Below, in pieces: positions 39,390 to 53,060 of a DNA stretch of 64,000 bases (within the stretch, counting starts at the first letter, position 1; every line of letters begins with the position of its first letter). The stretch is taken from assembly GCA_013265495.1 (NCBI GenBank), contig MU059903.1, positions 248,001-312,000 of the forward strand, in the 5' to 3' direction. Under the pieces are notes generated by a model that ran no database searches, was not told the DNA's origin, and was given only the letters and a program-made list of their open reading frames with translations. Position numbers and translations under genes: made by a program. The stretch comes from Vicugna vicugna. Lineage: Eukaryota.

Positions 39390-39819
39390 TGACCCCCCCA
39401 ACGCACAACAACACAATTAGTTTTGCACCCTGACAAAAGGATGCTTTGATTAAAACTCTGGTGTACCACATTATCATAAGGTATTATCTGCACAGGTATT
39501 GAATGTGGGTGGATACACACGTATGCATTATACAGACTCACTGTTCCCATGTTATGTCCTCCATCAACTGGAAGTATATAGATCTCTAGCTAAGCAGAAA
39601 ATAATGAAAAAGTATGGACTGTAATTACATAAAAAGGTGTCAGCTCTGTCATCATAAACCATTCTGAGTGATGCGCCTGCGGAGTGCACTGTCCCCAGCA
39701 TCCCAACCCCACCGAACATCTTACATAACGTCACAGAAACCACAGAAAGGCACAGGACGGGGACCCCCTCGGGCCACAGCCACAGCCAGGAGGCAGCAGC
39801 CCCCCTTCAGGAGCGGCAG

Positions 39820-39840
39820 GCTGCTGTCCGAGGTGCTGAC
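39820..39840 (-). promoter_or_regulatory. RE1/NRSE (REST-binding silencer) motif
   Basis: Minus strand GTCAGCACCTCGGACAGCAGC: both half-sites (TCAGCACC, GGACAG) are intact with the canonical 2-nt spacer. Confidence 0.7.
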
Positions 39841-40404
39841 TGGAGGGTCCGCAGAAGCGCCTGGGGCCTTGGTTCAAGCTCAGATTCCTGGGCCTGCCCC
39901 CAGGGCCTAAAACAGTGCACTTCTGAGAGTTCCCTCCATTTTCAGCACAGCCCACAAGAACGGAGGCGGCTCCTAAGAACACCTGACTCCTAACTCAGGG
40001 AGACGACGCGGTCTCCTCCCTGCTCCTGCTTTATCCCTCGTTTTGCGACACTGTCCCTCCACCTTTTCCTGGTCTTTGATGTCACCCTCACTGCAGACCA
40101 AGGGGAGGAAAGCCGGTGGACGTGTTCCTTCAGCAGCTTCAGTCCTCCGGCCCCATCCCCATGCTCAGAACTTTTACTTATACTTTGTATTCATCTGTGA
40201 AACAACGAAGTCAAAAGGGCTCTGGTGTGCTTGCTTTGAGAAAGCCAACAACGCAAGGCTAGGGTTTCACACTGGGGTCAGTATGGAACAGAACTGCATG
40301 ATGGAAAAAACCACCACACTGACCAAGTTCAACAGAAGCATGAGTGTGAAACCTGGGCTCACACAGCAACAGCAAGTTCCAAGTTCAGACCTTTTTCAGG
40401 GGAA

Positions 40405-40710
40405 AGCAATTTGGCAATATATCAGGAACCTGAGATGGGCTCGTATCTCTTGTCACAGTAACTTCATTTCTGAAGATCCTGTCTGAGAAGATGCTCCTTA
40501 ACTGAAGGGTGTTCACTGTGAGATAACCGCAATACCACGGAGCAGGGAAAGCCTCTAGCTGCCAGCTAGCAGAGCCAGGGAGGGGTGAGTTTCATGGCAG
40601 CTAAACCTGGGAGATTTTACAGTTACTGAAAACTGACCAAGAATTTTAATGACATGGGAAAATGCTAATGCTGTAACACAGCTAGAAGAAAGGCAGAATA
40701 AAAACCCTAC
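40405..40710 (+). mobile_element. Old L1ME-type 3' fragment
   Basis: aagcaatttggcaatatatcag...aattttaatgacatgggaaaatgct resemble L1ME 3' segments. Confidence 0.55.
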
Positions 40711-41194
40711 TACAGGAGGACCTCAGTGCTGTAAAACTGCTTCCGTGGAAGAGAAGGCACGGGCGTTCCGGCTGAGCGCTGCGGCTGCGTGAACCACCGC
40801 CGGGGCCGAAGAGCTCCTGCTGATCCTGGTTCTGCCATATTTTCCACACTGTTATAATAACCAGGAATTACATTAAATATAAGAAAGTAAGTTTTATTTT
40901 TAAAAGGATGCTGCAAATTTACAAATGAAAGATCCAGAATGAGTTGTACATTTTTAGCTTAATCTTTGGCAGTCAGCAGAGAGCAGAACACAGCTGTGGG
41001 TAAATTTACTAACAGGGTCGTTGACAAATCAAACTGGGGACGGGTGCCCGAGTGTGTCAGCAAGTCGCGACTAATCTCACACCAACTTAAAATCTGCATA
41101 GCTGCTGCATCGCATCGGATTTCTCCAAACACACTATGACCTGAGTTTGGTGGCACAAGTCCTGAGACACACCACTTTTCCGTCCAGCTGTCTC

Positions 41195-41495
41195 TGTGTG
41201 TACGTGGCTACGTCTGTGAATGTGCATATATTCATGAATATGTACGTGCCGATGGACAGGTCTGTATCGGTGTGGCTGTGTCTGTACGAATGATCACACA
41301 TGTACTTGAGTATGTGTATGTGAATGCGTATATAAATGTTGATGGATGTGCATGTTTATACGTCTGTGTGCATGCACATGAACATTTATGTTTATAATTA
41401 TGTATACATGTGAATACACTTCTTGAATAGGTATACAGATCTCATATGTATGTATGTGTGTGTGAATGTGCGTACGTTTGTTTACATGCACACTA
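41195..41495. repeat. Low-complexity degenerate (TG/TA)n tract
   Basis: About 300 bp of imperfect gtgtat/atgtgt units. Confidence 0.85.
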
Positions 41496-42069
41496 CAGAT
41501 TCTCCCCTCGGCTACGTGACTCCAGAAACCAAGCTTTCCCTCTAAAGTGGTGACTGACTGGATGACAACCATCTGAATGAGATGTATGTGCTGAATCAAA
41601 GTGTGTAAGTCAAAAACTTTTTAAACCTTAAGACCAGAATAATTACATCAGTCCTATGTGAGTTGATACAACCCACATAAATGCCTTCAACTTCTAAATG
41701 AATTTTCAGCCCAAGTATTTAGAAAACAAGTTCTGGTGCCTTTCAAGTTTATACTGTTCATATTTTGAAATGATACCAAACTAATTACTGGGGGGCGGGG
41801 GGGATTTTGTGTTTCTATGCCTGTCAGGAGCAGTTAAGGGAACAGCATTCTAATGCACAAATCCACTGGGACTTCGATTAAACTTTTTCAATACTATTAC
41901 TTTTGATTCAATTGAAGCACATAAAACCCAGTCTAAAGGAATATTTGAGAAAGTTTAAGACAACATAATAGAAGAATTTTCAATGGAATAAATATCTTTC
42001 TAGCCTAAACAGCAGCAGACACTACAGAAAACACTATTATATCATCAGGAGCTTCCTTCTTTACCCAGC

Positions 42070-42225
42070 NNNNNNNNNNNNNNNNNNNNNNNNNNNNNNN
42101 NNNNNNNNNNNNNNNNNNNNNNNNNNNNNNNNNNNNNNNNNNNNNNNNNNNNNNNNNNNNNNNNNNNNNNNNNNNNNNNNNNNNNNNNNNNNNNNNNNNN
42201 NNNNNNNNNNNNNNNNNNNNNNNNN
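42070..42225. other. Assembly gap (156 N)
   Basis: N-run. Confidence 1.
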
Positions 42226-43339
42226 ATTTTGTTATAAATGATATATGTGTATGATTTAATTTTTATTTTAACACTTTAAGAAAATCAACCATAATGCAAA
42301 GCTATCTTGTGTCTTAACTATAGGACTCTCCATTTTGCTTTAAAATATCACAATGCAATATGCATTCACAGCCATAATTCCTTTTACAGCAAATATTAAA
42401 CACTTTTTTGCAGAATATGCTATTAATTACTATTATAAATATTTTTCAATAAAAGAATAAAATATGCATATACCACAAAAACTACAGTTTCTTAGACATA
42501 CAAAAGAATTGAAACCCACAGTCCCACTGAGAAGTAAAAGCTACTCTGGAACAGCCTTGGTCTTTGGAAAGCAGTCATTTCAAAACTGCAATGTGAACAT
42601 TTTTATAAAAGGGTTTTGTGAAATTCAGAAAGACTGTTAGTCAAATGCTGGTCTTTGTTTAGACCCAACATTGGAGGAAACTGGGTTTCGACTGAGGAGA
42701 AAAAGAATTTCTGCCTGCTGGGGAGGGAAATGTGTGAGTCCTGGAGCCCTGGCTGAGGCTGGGGTCATGGCATCAGTCAATGCAAGTCCACACTGACACT
42801 GGGAAACCAAGTGGACATCCTCTGGACAGGTGAGCGCCAGCTCCAGGATAAGATGAGGGCTCTTGCAGTGGAGTGCTGGTACGCAGCAGCAGGCTCCCCA
42901 GGACGGTCGGGGGTCGGGAAGGCCTGCTCTGTAGTGCCAGCCAAGCCCCACGGTGAGGACACCCCCACCGGGGCTGGTGTCAAGCTGCCACTGCAGTGGT
43001 GCCGACTGGGAGCTGGGAAGGAAAGCGGGACATGCTACCATGTGCTGCGACCAGCACGCAGGAGACGTAGTAACCGCAAGAGCATAAACAACAGTAAAAT
43101 ACACTGAACGGAAACAGAGTGATGTTTGAAGTATTTGTTACTTTGGCTTTTCACATAATTTATAAGTGTGAGTTTACACAATTCAATTTTTAATAACATA
43201 TACCAATGGGCTCACAAAATTCCTGAAAATTTAACGGCTGGTTCTCCCAAGCCATTCCAAGCCAACTCTGCATGGCTGTTTACTTAGTGCTTCTCCTTAA
43301 ACGTGCCCAGAGCCAGGAGTCACCAGACAAGAGAAAGAC

Positions 43340-44860
43340 AGAGGCTGAAACAAACAAATGAACAAACAGCGAAGAGGACCTTGACAGGGATCAGAAGGAA
43401 ATTTAAAAATAAGCACAACTAATCACTAACAGTACCATAGAGAGAAGAGAAGACAGTGCAACCTAGTAACAAGGAGATGAGCCACACTCAAGAAATGATT
43501 GATTAAAAATATGATTAAAATTAAAAATTTAATAGAAAAAGAGTATGAAATTACTCAGAAGTCAGAAAAATCATCAAGACGGAAAACAGAGCCAAAATAA
43601 GAAAAATTAAATGAGCCATACAGGAGACAGAATATGTGATCAGTATGGTTCCAGAAAGAGTAAAGAAAGAAAATGCAGAGGAAGAAATTACAAGAGAACT
43701 AAGGGAAACGCCCCCACTGAAGCACGTGCGTATCTGGGCTGTGGTTGCCCATTACGGAATGGATGGACCGACACCCACACATAAATAATATAAATAAAAA
43801 GGACCACAGTCTCGGAGCTCAGTATACTCAGGTCAAAAGAAGATCCCTTCCAAACACTTCTAGGGATGGAAATAAAAAGGAGTCCGTTACAAAGGATGGA
43901 GAATTAGAACAGCCTCAAGACTCTGGGCACCAGAAGCTTGAAGACAACGGGGCAGTAACTCTCAAACCTGAGGGAAAACCATGCCAAATCTAGATGTCTG
44001 TCCCCAGCCAAGCCACCAGCTAAGGGCGAGTGCAGAGTAAGACCATGACCCAGACTTTATCTTCCACACACACCTTCTCTAGAAACTGAGTGGAAGACGT
44101 ACCCCACCAGAAGGAAGGTAAACCATGAGGGACTGATGTGAGACCCAGCGGGTAGGGGGTCAAGCCGTCCCAGCACATCCAGAGCAGACGAGCCCAGAGA
44201 ATCAGCGAAACGGCAGGTCGGACAGCAGGCAGCCCAGATGAGACAGAGTCAGTCTACTGTCTTGTATTTAAATCTTAGGGGTGGAAACAGGGGAAGGATG
44301 TAGGAAATTATGCAAATGGAACAAAACTCCAGAAAAAACAGAAAGTATAAGAAAAAAGCTCACCCTTTGTTCACCACAAGACTCAGCATGAGTGGCAGGT
44401 AGATCGGCAAGTTAATATGGGTGCTGGATGTCAGTGCAACCAAAAGATAAAATAGCCCTTTACGGAAAGGACAGGGGAGAGGATGTGTGCTTCCGGGCAG
44501 ATGCAAGGAAGTGAAATCTTCCTTGTCCTTAGTAGGTCAATAAATCATATCTGACACTGAAAAACCAAAAACAGCACTGTGTTTAGAAATACACACCAAA
44601 TCCCAGAGTAACAACCAGAAGAGTGGAGAGCGGCTGCCCCAAGGTCGTGGGCGCCATGAAGGTGTCTTCACCCACTCTGACCTTTGGATGCTGAGACCCT
44701 GTGGCGAACAGACCAGGGTGAGCTCACCACTGCAGTGGTCACTGCGTTCAGGGCCATGCAGACAGACACACAACAGTCCCACTGATCCAATGTGCAAGTC
44801 ACCAACAATCTGCATAGTCACGCTTTCACCTAAAAGTCCCCAGACACACTCCAGTGACAC
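43340..44860 (+). mobile_element. Degenerate L1 ORF1-like / HAL1-type element
   Basis: Near 43890-44040 a broken frame reads KGWRIRTAS..EA*RQ, similar to the L1 ORF1 C-terminal KG.RIR.ASD..EARRQW. It is followed by non-ORF2 sequence, as expected for HAL1. Confidence 0.65.
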
Positions 44861-45584
44861 GCTCAGCCCTGTCTCCTGAAGGTCTTGAATGTTGAAGGCT
44901 GTTGCCTCTCTGGGGCCTTTTCACAGAGTTCAAGAACCTTCGTTAAAAGAACATATTTCTTTGGTGACATGCAAGGCACTGTGAATCCTTTGAGGTATTT
45001 TCAAGGCGTGCAGAAGATGTGGGGAGCTCCTCAAGGTCTGGCGAGTGTCTGTCCCTGGTGGCACGCACACCTACACGAGACCCTCCTGATCGCCGTATCT
45101 CCTTCCTCCATAGTCAGAGAAAGACCATCCTTGCTTTTTCTCATTCTAAAAAAATGGCCACTACCAGGTGACTTTCCAAATGGACCAGAGGATTAGGGGC
45201 CAGCATGTGTTACTTCAAAAGAATCAAAGAAGGTGATAAATTAACAACCTTGCAAACAAAGTGTTCCCTCCAGTGTGGTGAATGTTTCCACTGGGAAAGA
45301 CATCTCAATGAAGCTACCTTTCCGAAACAAAGCTTTTACGAGCCAGCAAAATGAAAACACCTCTCAGTGGCCGCCCAGGGAGCCCCAGCCCCAGGACAGT
45401 CTCCCGCTCCACGCGGCGTCCCCACTGTGAGGCCCAGTCGCTGCAGCGCGCCGTCGAGGATGAACGCAGACATCAGCATGCACCGTCAGAGGACTGTGTC
45501 TGGCCTTCCTGCCCCTCCCCAGGGGTCTCTACCACCTCCCTGATAGCACACCAGGGGGCTTGGGAGATCCAGATCCGAGCTCTG

Positions 45585-45700
45585 CACGGGTCAAGATACT
45601 CAGGGCTCCAATGCACACTTGCCAAGTGACCTTGACCAAGGTCACTTACCCCGTGCCTCAGTTTCCATCTGTGCTAGATGGCAGCTGTATTTTGGAGGAA
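45585..45700 (+). mobile_element. MIR SINE fragment
   Basis: gtgaccttgaccaaggtcacttaccccgtgcctcagtttccatctgt matches the MIR core. Confidence 0.75.
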
Positions 45701-46166
45701 GCAGTCAAAAGCAGTCACTGCTCTAGTGGGCACTTAAAGACCATGTCTTGTTTCCATTTCTCAGCTGTAGAAACACCACTGCCTAAGACTTGGGTTTGAA
45801 GGGAAAGGAGTCCGGGGGCTAGAACCTTCTTTTTCAGGTTGCGACACTGCTGGCGAGGAGAAAGATTTGGGGGGAAGGAGCGAGCTGAGACTTTGGGAGG
45901 CAGGCATGAGCACACATTCTTCTCTCTAAGGCTGGGTGCTCCCTTCTGAGCCTTGGACGAGAAAGTGAGTCCGCTTCCCGAGAAAGGTCAACAGGGCTGG
46001 TTTCACGCTTTCTGCAAAACCCGAACGGCAAAGCATGGGAATTGCTCCCTGGGCTGGTGACCCAGCTTCCTCAGAGTTCTTTCAGAATGAGAAGGAAAAT
46101 CAATTAATCCACGATTAATAAATGGAGCTGTCATTCAGACAAGAGAAGAGCAAATCTTTATTCCAG

Positions 46167-46187
46167 TTTTTTTTTTTTTTTTTTTTT
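46167..46187. repeat. Poly(T)21 tract
   Basis: Direct read. Confidence 0.95.
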
Positions 46188-47849
46188 ACTGAGAGACAGA
46201 TGTCGCATCTCCTAGTCCAGGAGGGTGCGGTGGTCACAGAGATGGGTTTCTGCACCTCTGGGACTTCAGTCTGCTGTCGGTGGCTGCCGTGCTAGCAGAG
46301 CTAACCGAGTGTCCACGGGCCACCAAAGTCCCCAGACGACTGGTGGTTAGTGAGACTCATAAAAGAACAGGTCCGATGGGGCAGAGCACGTATCTGGACT
46401 CTCCTGGGTGCCGCAGTTAGTGACTGAGACCCATCGACCTTTAAATTACATTTCAATTTCAGTTTAATTTTATTTGACCCTAATACAATGTGGTTTTGCT
46501 CAGAGACAGTGTTGCCAGAAATCCATTCTCCCCAGGAGACTGTCAAAGTGAGCGAGTAGGTCTAAAGGAGTCTGTTGACCCGACAGTCAGCATTGTAACA
46601 TTTTGCTTTCTTTTTCATCACCACGATGTCTGATTTGATTTCCTCAAGCCTCCAAAGTAGATTTAATTTTGAAAAGGACTGAATACTCAACTACACTCTA
46701 AATGATGAAATAATCTTTTTTAAATAGTGTACTAATTGTAGTTCATTGAAACGATCGACATTTGAACCAGGTTTGAATTAAAACAGCCGTTGCAAACATC
46801 TGTGTGTGAGTCTGCAAGGAAAGGGGACGGGGCTTTCCCAGAGAGACAGTTGGAACTTGAACTAGGAGGCCATCCCCCATGGCCAATCTCCTTCACAGTG
46901 TCCAGAGGGAAAGCCCGTCTGTGGTACAAGAACAAGCACCTCGGAAAGACAAGGCTCAGTGTGCTTCCCAGACTCCCTTCCCCAAAGGTGTGTGACTGAG
47001 ATGACGCTGCTTACAACTGCAGAGCAAAAGGAAAGGTTTCCAGACATAAGACGGGTGTCGCAGGCTGGTCCGCTGGGCAGGGTGAGGCGCACCTCGTCCC
47101 CAGGGCCCTGGTGCTTGGGTGCGGGAGGTGCTGGTCTGCGGTGCGGCCGGGACACGCTGGCGTGCGTCACAGGCGGAATTCCAACTGCCTGCTCGTCTAG
47201 ACTCCCTGTGCTGACGGGTCGGGGTTCCTGCAGAGCCCCGGCAAGGAGGTGAAGGTGGAAACCCAGGAGGGACCCCTTAAAGAAAGATGTCGCCACATGT
47301 AACAGTTTATCTGCAAATAAAAGGAATTTTTAACTTAATACAAATTTGAAACAGAATGACTGACTCTTCACTGGCCGGGAATCACTAAGGTTATCCCCAA
47401 ACACACTGGTCACACTGCCACAACTCTAGAGGCCCCCAGGCTCCAGCTGCACCAGCGAACGGCCTACCTGCACAGGCCTGCTGACCAGCACTGAGGTCGC
47501 TGCTCATTTCAGGCCCCGAATTCCTCCCAAGCAGAGTGTGCATCGTGGGTGTGTCCCTGTCCGCCAGGTCCTGCTGCAGGAGCCCAGGCCTCTACCAGCA
47601 TTGCCTCCTGCACAGGTAGTGGTCCTTCCTGGTTCCCTGGCCTTCTCTCCAGGTGGCTCACAATGCTTCCCACTTCAAGAAGATCAGCAGCAACCGATCT
47701 GCCGCCCAAGGCAAAGGGGCACCAAGTGCAGGAGAAACGATGGGTCGTGGGGGCCTCTCCATCCTCTATTCTTCTTGTCTCTGCCGCCTGGATCCAGCCA
47801 GTCACGTGTCCTGCTCCTCGTCTCCGTGTTTCTCACTCAGCCTTCCTCT

Positions 47850-48250
47850 TGGTCCCAGTCCCTTTCCCTGTGATGAGCTCCAGTCACTAGGCAGTGTTAC
47901 TACAATAGGATTTCTATGCCCGTCCCTGTTGGAAAGTCGACCGTGGTGCCTGAACGGCCTCTCACGGTGGCTGATGTCCTCTGCCTGGTCCTCACCGCAG
48001 GTTCCACCTTCTCTGCTTCCCTAACTCCATCACTCACCTGCCCATTGCTCAAGGCTCCCCTGGACACACGGGCTCATGCCCAACCCCATGGAGGTCTTCC
48101 CCTGGGAAGCCCGTCCTGCAGCAGGGTGAACAGTCGTGCCCGCCTCCTCCACAGCCCAGCGGCGGTGCCAAGCCTGCCTCCGCCTCCTCCAGTTCCCACC
48201 TTCTGCTGTGAGCACAGCGCTCCTTGAGGCCGACCACGTCCTTTCTGGCA
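47850..48250 (+). mobile_element. L2 LINE 3' fragment
   Basis: C/T-rich L2-like segments ending ctgtgagcacagcgctccttgaggccgaccacgtcctttct. Confidence 0.5.
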
Positions 48251-48904
48251 GTGGCAACAAACCAGACTATGTCCTGGACGCGGATGTTTAAGAGTCGTGT
48301 GATGCTGACGCCATTGGTGGAAAACTCAGTGCCCAGGACACGGAAGGGGCTCTATCACCATGAGTAACGTGCAAGACGAAGTAAAGGCCGAGACCCATCA
48401 AAGGATGCAGGTACGGAAAGCATTCTTCCAGGGAATGGACTGCAAGAAGGATCACTTCTCACCTTCTAGCTTATTACACTTTAAAAGGTGCTTACAGACC
48501 ACAACCTTCTGGTTGCAAGGAAACAAAGACAGTTCAAAGGCAGCTGCCAGAGCACGATGCTGCTCCCCCACCAAAAAAAACAAAACCACAAAACATAGTT
48601 CCCTACCGTATCCTTAACTACTTAATCAACCATGAGGTAGGACCCGGATAAAAACAAATTAACTCTGAGGGTCTGACTATCCTCTAACTTGGCCGGTGGT
48701 CTCACAGCCATAATTCTGACCACACCACAGGCACACTTTCCTAAAAAGTAGGTAATATTTAGGTCCAATTAATAGACTATACCCTTAGTCTGAAGTGATA
48801 AAATGATTTGGGCACTTTCTTTTCTAAGTACAAAAATAGTTGACGTGTGAACGCTCCTACAGCTGTCCGCAGGCTCTTCTCCATTTACTGTTTTACTCGA
48901 CAGT

Positions 48905-48990
48905 ACATCCCTCAGTTCCTGCGTAAGGAAATGGAGGCCCAGAGAAGTTAAGGAACCTCCTAGGGTCACCCAGCTTCCAATCGGCAAGGC
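48905..48990 (-). mobile_element. MIR SINE fragment
   Basis: aaggaaatggaggcccagagaagttaaggaacctcctagggtcacccagct. Confidence 0.75.
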
Positions 48991-50734
48991 TGGCGCTCAG
49001 AGCCACATTCTGCCTGCAGGTGGAAGGCTCTCCACTGTCCACAGCGTCTCCAGAGAACCAAGTGTCACTGCAGGACAGCCGCTTTTTGTGCATCCCCTGG
49101 TGGTCGTCTGTCTTCGGCTCCTCAGTTTTCCCAAGACCTCAAGTGACACTGTTCTGGGCAGAGCTGTCCCTACAATTTCCACTTAGCAAAAGGCCAGGCA
49201 GGAGGTTTCGGCTTTAGAGCTCCGGAATCACCCCCAAAACTATGGGGGCCAATGGGCCTCCTGGACACGGAGCCATAGGCAGCCTCCAGGCCTGGACACA
49301 TGGGCCCCAGAAATGGAGCACAAAGGAGCAGGCCGGCACCTGCTCTTGGACCACCTCGGGTTGGCTGCCAGGACCGGGGACTGAGGGGCCAGTGTTCCTG
49401 GAACACACCCCCAGAAGGCGGCTCCTCATCCCCATTTTACCAGCGAGGACACCAAAGCCCCGTGTGGGAACTCGCAGTCACCGGCCCAACGTCAGGACTG
49501 CAGCTGCAGGGGGCCGCACGGGAACACCAATTCTGGGGACGGACAGTGCAGAGGGAGGGCACACTCCAGAGGTTCACAGGTCAGCCTCCCTCCCCCCATA
49601 CATATATCCTTCTCTCTCTGTCTCTGTCTCCTGTTTTTTGTTAACAGCACCTTCACGTGTTCCAGGAAGACAGATTTTTTAAGACCACCGTGACTGATCA
49701 TCCACGATTAGGAGACCAATGTGACATGCGTAGGTCTGATCCGGAGACTCTGGGTCTTCCCACAAACAGGACAGAAACCTCCCAGGACGGCCAGCTGCCC
49801 GGCGGTCTGCTCTCTGGCTCCCTGCCTGTTCACGGCGGCTCAGCCCCGGCGCCACCCGGCAGGCATGTTCTCCCCTTTTTCCCAGCACTGGGCACCAGAC
49901 GCAGATGCGGGACCGGCTGGCAGGACCAGGAGTAGGAAGGTTGCTGTTGTGGGTTTCCGAGACAGCTGGTAATTGTGATAAAGACTAATCACAGAACACT
50001 CTTCATGACGGGGTCTCTTGTGCCGACTTTAAAAGTAGTGGGTTTAGAATCTCATTTCCCCCGAGACGGGTCAGCATGAGAGCAGTGGGGCCGGTGGCCC
50101 CAGCCCGGCCTCCTTGGTGAAATCACTAATTAACTCCAGAGCAGCGGAGTCTCTTGTCAGCCTCCGCGGAGCCAACCTTCCAGCCCCAGAGTCAGTGCAA
50201 ACCAGCCGGAGAGCCGGGCATCTGGGCAAGGCGCCGCTGCGTGGCCAGGAAGACTGAGGCCGGCAAGCCGCCAGCCTGGGGACACACGGCTCTCCAGGCC
50301 AGCAGCATGGCAGGATGAAATGTCTGCAATATCGTCACAAATGGAATGAGTGCAGGAACCTGACAGCAGCTCCAACCACACTACAGCCTAGAAGACGAAG
50401 AAGGTCTCCAGAGAGGCCACAAAAGGAACTGGCTGACCAGGCCCAGGTGAAACTGAACTGGAAATGGCCCCTGTCTGATTAGCATAACAGAAGATCCAGC
50501 GTTTAAAGAAAAGTCATTCTGTGTAAATGAAAGTGTGAGGGAAGAGGGAGGAATCCATCTTTCCACAAACATGGTTATCTTTTAAATGTTCAGCCTAAAG
50601 GTCTGGACTGGGTCGCAAAAGCCCTGTAGAAAGAGGCTCTTAAACAGGCGCCTGTCAACCCACATTTACTCTCTTACTGGGATGGCGCCTGACCAGCTAT
50701 TTAAAACTGCCTAATACTGCGCCCCCACCACACT

Positions 50735-50762
50735 CGCGCGCGCGCACACACACACACACACA
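50735..50762. repeat. (CG)5(CA)9 compound microsatellite, Z-DNA-prone
   Basis: 28 bp of uninterrupted alternating pyrimidine-purine sequence. Confidence 0.95.
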
Positions 50763-51159
50763 TTTGCCCTCCGTGTTACAGAAGACTAAAGGCAAGCTTA
50801 CCATAGTTAACCAACCAAAAATCAAAAGTGCAGTAATTCAGATACAGAATACTGGACATATTTGGGAATTTACTTTGTACCAGGGATTTAGAGATTAGCC
50901 CCACTTACCAAAACCTGCAGATTATTTTTGCTATTATTTAAATCCATTGTAAATTACTGGAATGAGCAGCCACATAAAGTCAAAAGCAAAACCGGAATCA
51001 GAATCAGACCTTTGTTAGGAAAGCAGAATATCCCGTCCTTCATTCTATTTAAATCTACGATGTCCCTGAAGTTCCATGACGACACTGCTGCACTGACAAC
51101 GCCGTGAACTGAGTCCATCCCACCACTCGGCACTCTGCCAGGCACATCTCACCACCCGT

Positions 51160-51260
51160 TCTCACAGCGATGCTATGGTGCCCAATTCCACAGGCAGGGA
51201 AACTGAAGTTCATGGAAATTATGTAATTTGCTTAGCAGATCAGCTGGACCAAATTCCTGT
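51160..51260 (-). mobile_element. MIR SINE fragment
   Basis: acaggcaggggaaactgaagttcatggaaattatgtaatttgctt. Confidence 0.55.
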
Positions 51261-52569
51261 CAAAAAGAGTGCTTAACCCGAAGAGAAATACTTTGACGCC
51301 TTACATAGAGGCAGATTCAATGAGAAGTTTATATTCAAGCTGGCTTTTTCTAGAAGCAGAGATGAGGCAAAGGCTCCTGTCCGCACAGTAAGCCCCAGGT
51401 CTCCCTCTGGTGGGTACGGGTAACACCTCCTTTACGGAGCACTGCTTCTGGTTGGTGTGGGGAAGCCCCTGCCCGGAGTATGAGCTGGGGTCAAGTTTAG
51501 CTGAGAGTAACAGCAACAAAAATCTGCGAGGAGAGTGACCACCCAATTAAGACGTAATCTCCCCTTCAGGTGAGGAGCCCTGAGCAGGAAGCCCCCAAGG
51601 TCAGAGACACAGCTGCTTCCCGAGGGAGGCCTCCTGGCCCCTGATGGCTGCTACCGCTCTGGCCCTCCCAGCATCCTTCCTGCTGGCAGCAGAGGTGAGA
51701 AACAAAGAACACACTTCGTACCTCTAGAGGGTGGTTTAAGAAGTCACCAAAACTGAGCAGAGCCCCGTGGGGCCTTCCCAGGGATAGATCCCCAGGCCCC
51801 CACCTCTTGTCTGTAGAAAAGCTTTAGCCTCCTAGGCCTTCCCTGAGTTCCAAAAAGCAGATTTAACCAGAGAAGAGAGACTGCAAAGGAAAGCAGTCAG
51901 GCGAGCCACCGGGGAGTCTGGGTCACCTGCGCACCAGCGGCCGGTGCTCCCTGCTCGGAGCCTACGGTAGACGTCCTTCTCCCATCCTAATGGCAGAGTC
52001 TGCAGCTGGGCGTCCAGGCTCGTCCACGTCCAGCCAAACAAAGCGAAACAAGCCCAACTTCTGACCCCGGCTGGGGACTCACCTGCCTCTCACTTGCTGT
52101 TTCTGGCCTCTCCGATTTCCCGGGCTCTGGGCTCTGCACCCACTGGAGACGTGCTGCCTGCATCCCCAGACCCTCAAGGTCACCCACAGCCGTGTGTGTC
52201 TGCAGTGGTGCCTGCTCCCAGCCAAGGCCGCCTGTCCCCACACTCGCCCACCCGCGGTATGACACGCTGGCTCAGAGCTGCCCCGATCCATCTGCTCCTG
52301 GACTTGTGTCTTCTCAGCTACAAGCCAAAACTCGTAACAGGACACATGATCTGACAACTCTTCTCAGAGGTGTGAATTTATTCGTATGCAAAGTCACAGT
52401 GTTTATTTGTTAAAATCACCTTTGAGTGCATGTGCAATAGGTTTTTTGCAGTAAATATCAAATGACATGAAATTACAATAGCTGTGAATAATCAGGGATG
52501 TAAACCGCCTGTTCTTTACAGCAAGTCTGTTCCTAATTTAGTGCCTTCCATTGAAAATGTTCCTACCTC

Positions 52570-53060
52570 TTTTTCGATCCTGCAAAAGCTCATCATTTTG
52601 CACCTGGGTTACTGCCACTGTCCTCCATGGGGAGCCGGGCCCCCAGGGCTCCACCTTCAGTCGCTCTCTGGTCAGTTGCCTCTTATTCCTCTTTGTCAAG
52701 TTAACCCCCTTCTCAAGAACTTACAGCACCTGCTCACACAAGCAGACTCGACTTTAAACACCGCTGCTTGCTGTCAAAGCCTTCCACAGTCTGATCACTC
52801 CCATTTTTCCTCCCCAACTTACTTCCCACCCTCTGCACACACAGCTTTGTGCCCACGAGAGCCAGACTCCCACCTCCTGAAGGCACACCTCGCCCACCAC
52901 CATCTGCGATGCTCAGACCCAACCCAGACACCAGGCTTGACCAGCTCTTACAGCCCAGCCCTGCCACGTTTCCCCTCCTCCGCAAGGCCTCCTCAAAGGC
53001 ATCCTTCTGAATCTTCTAGTAGTTGCGGCAAAGGGAGCATAGCACATGGCTGAGACCATG
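52570..53060 (+). mobile_element. L2 LINE fragment
   Basis: tcaaagccttccacagtctg and aaggcctcctcaaaggcatccttctga resemble L2 3' region segments. Confidence 0.55.

Noticed and set aside
46167-46187. Poly(T)21 as the tail of a retrocopy
   Set aside because: No upstream poly(A) signal on the minus strand, no TSD and no recognisable body.
52484-53053. 189-aa ORF
   Set aside because: Overlaps a decayed L2 fragment; C-rich chance frame.
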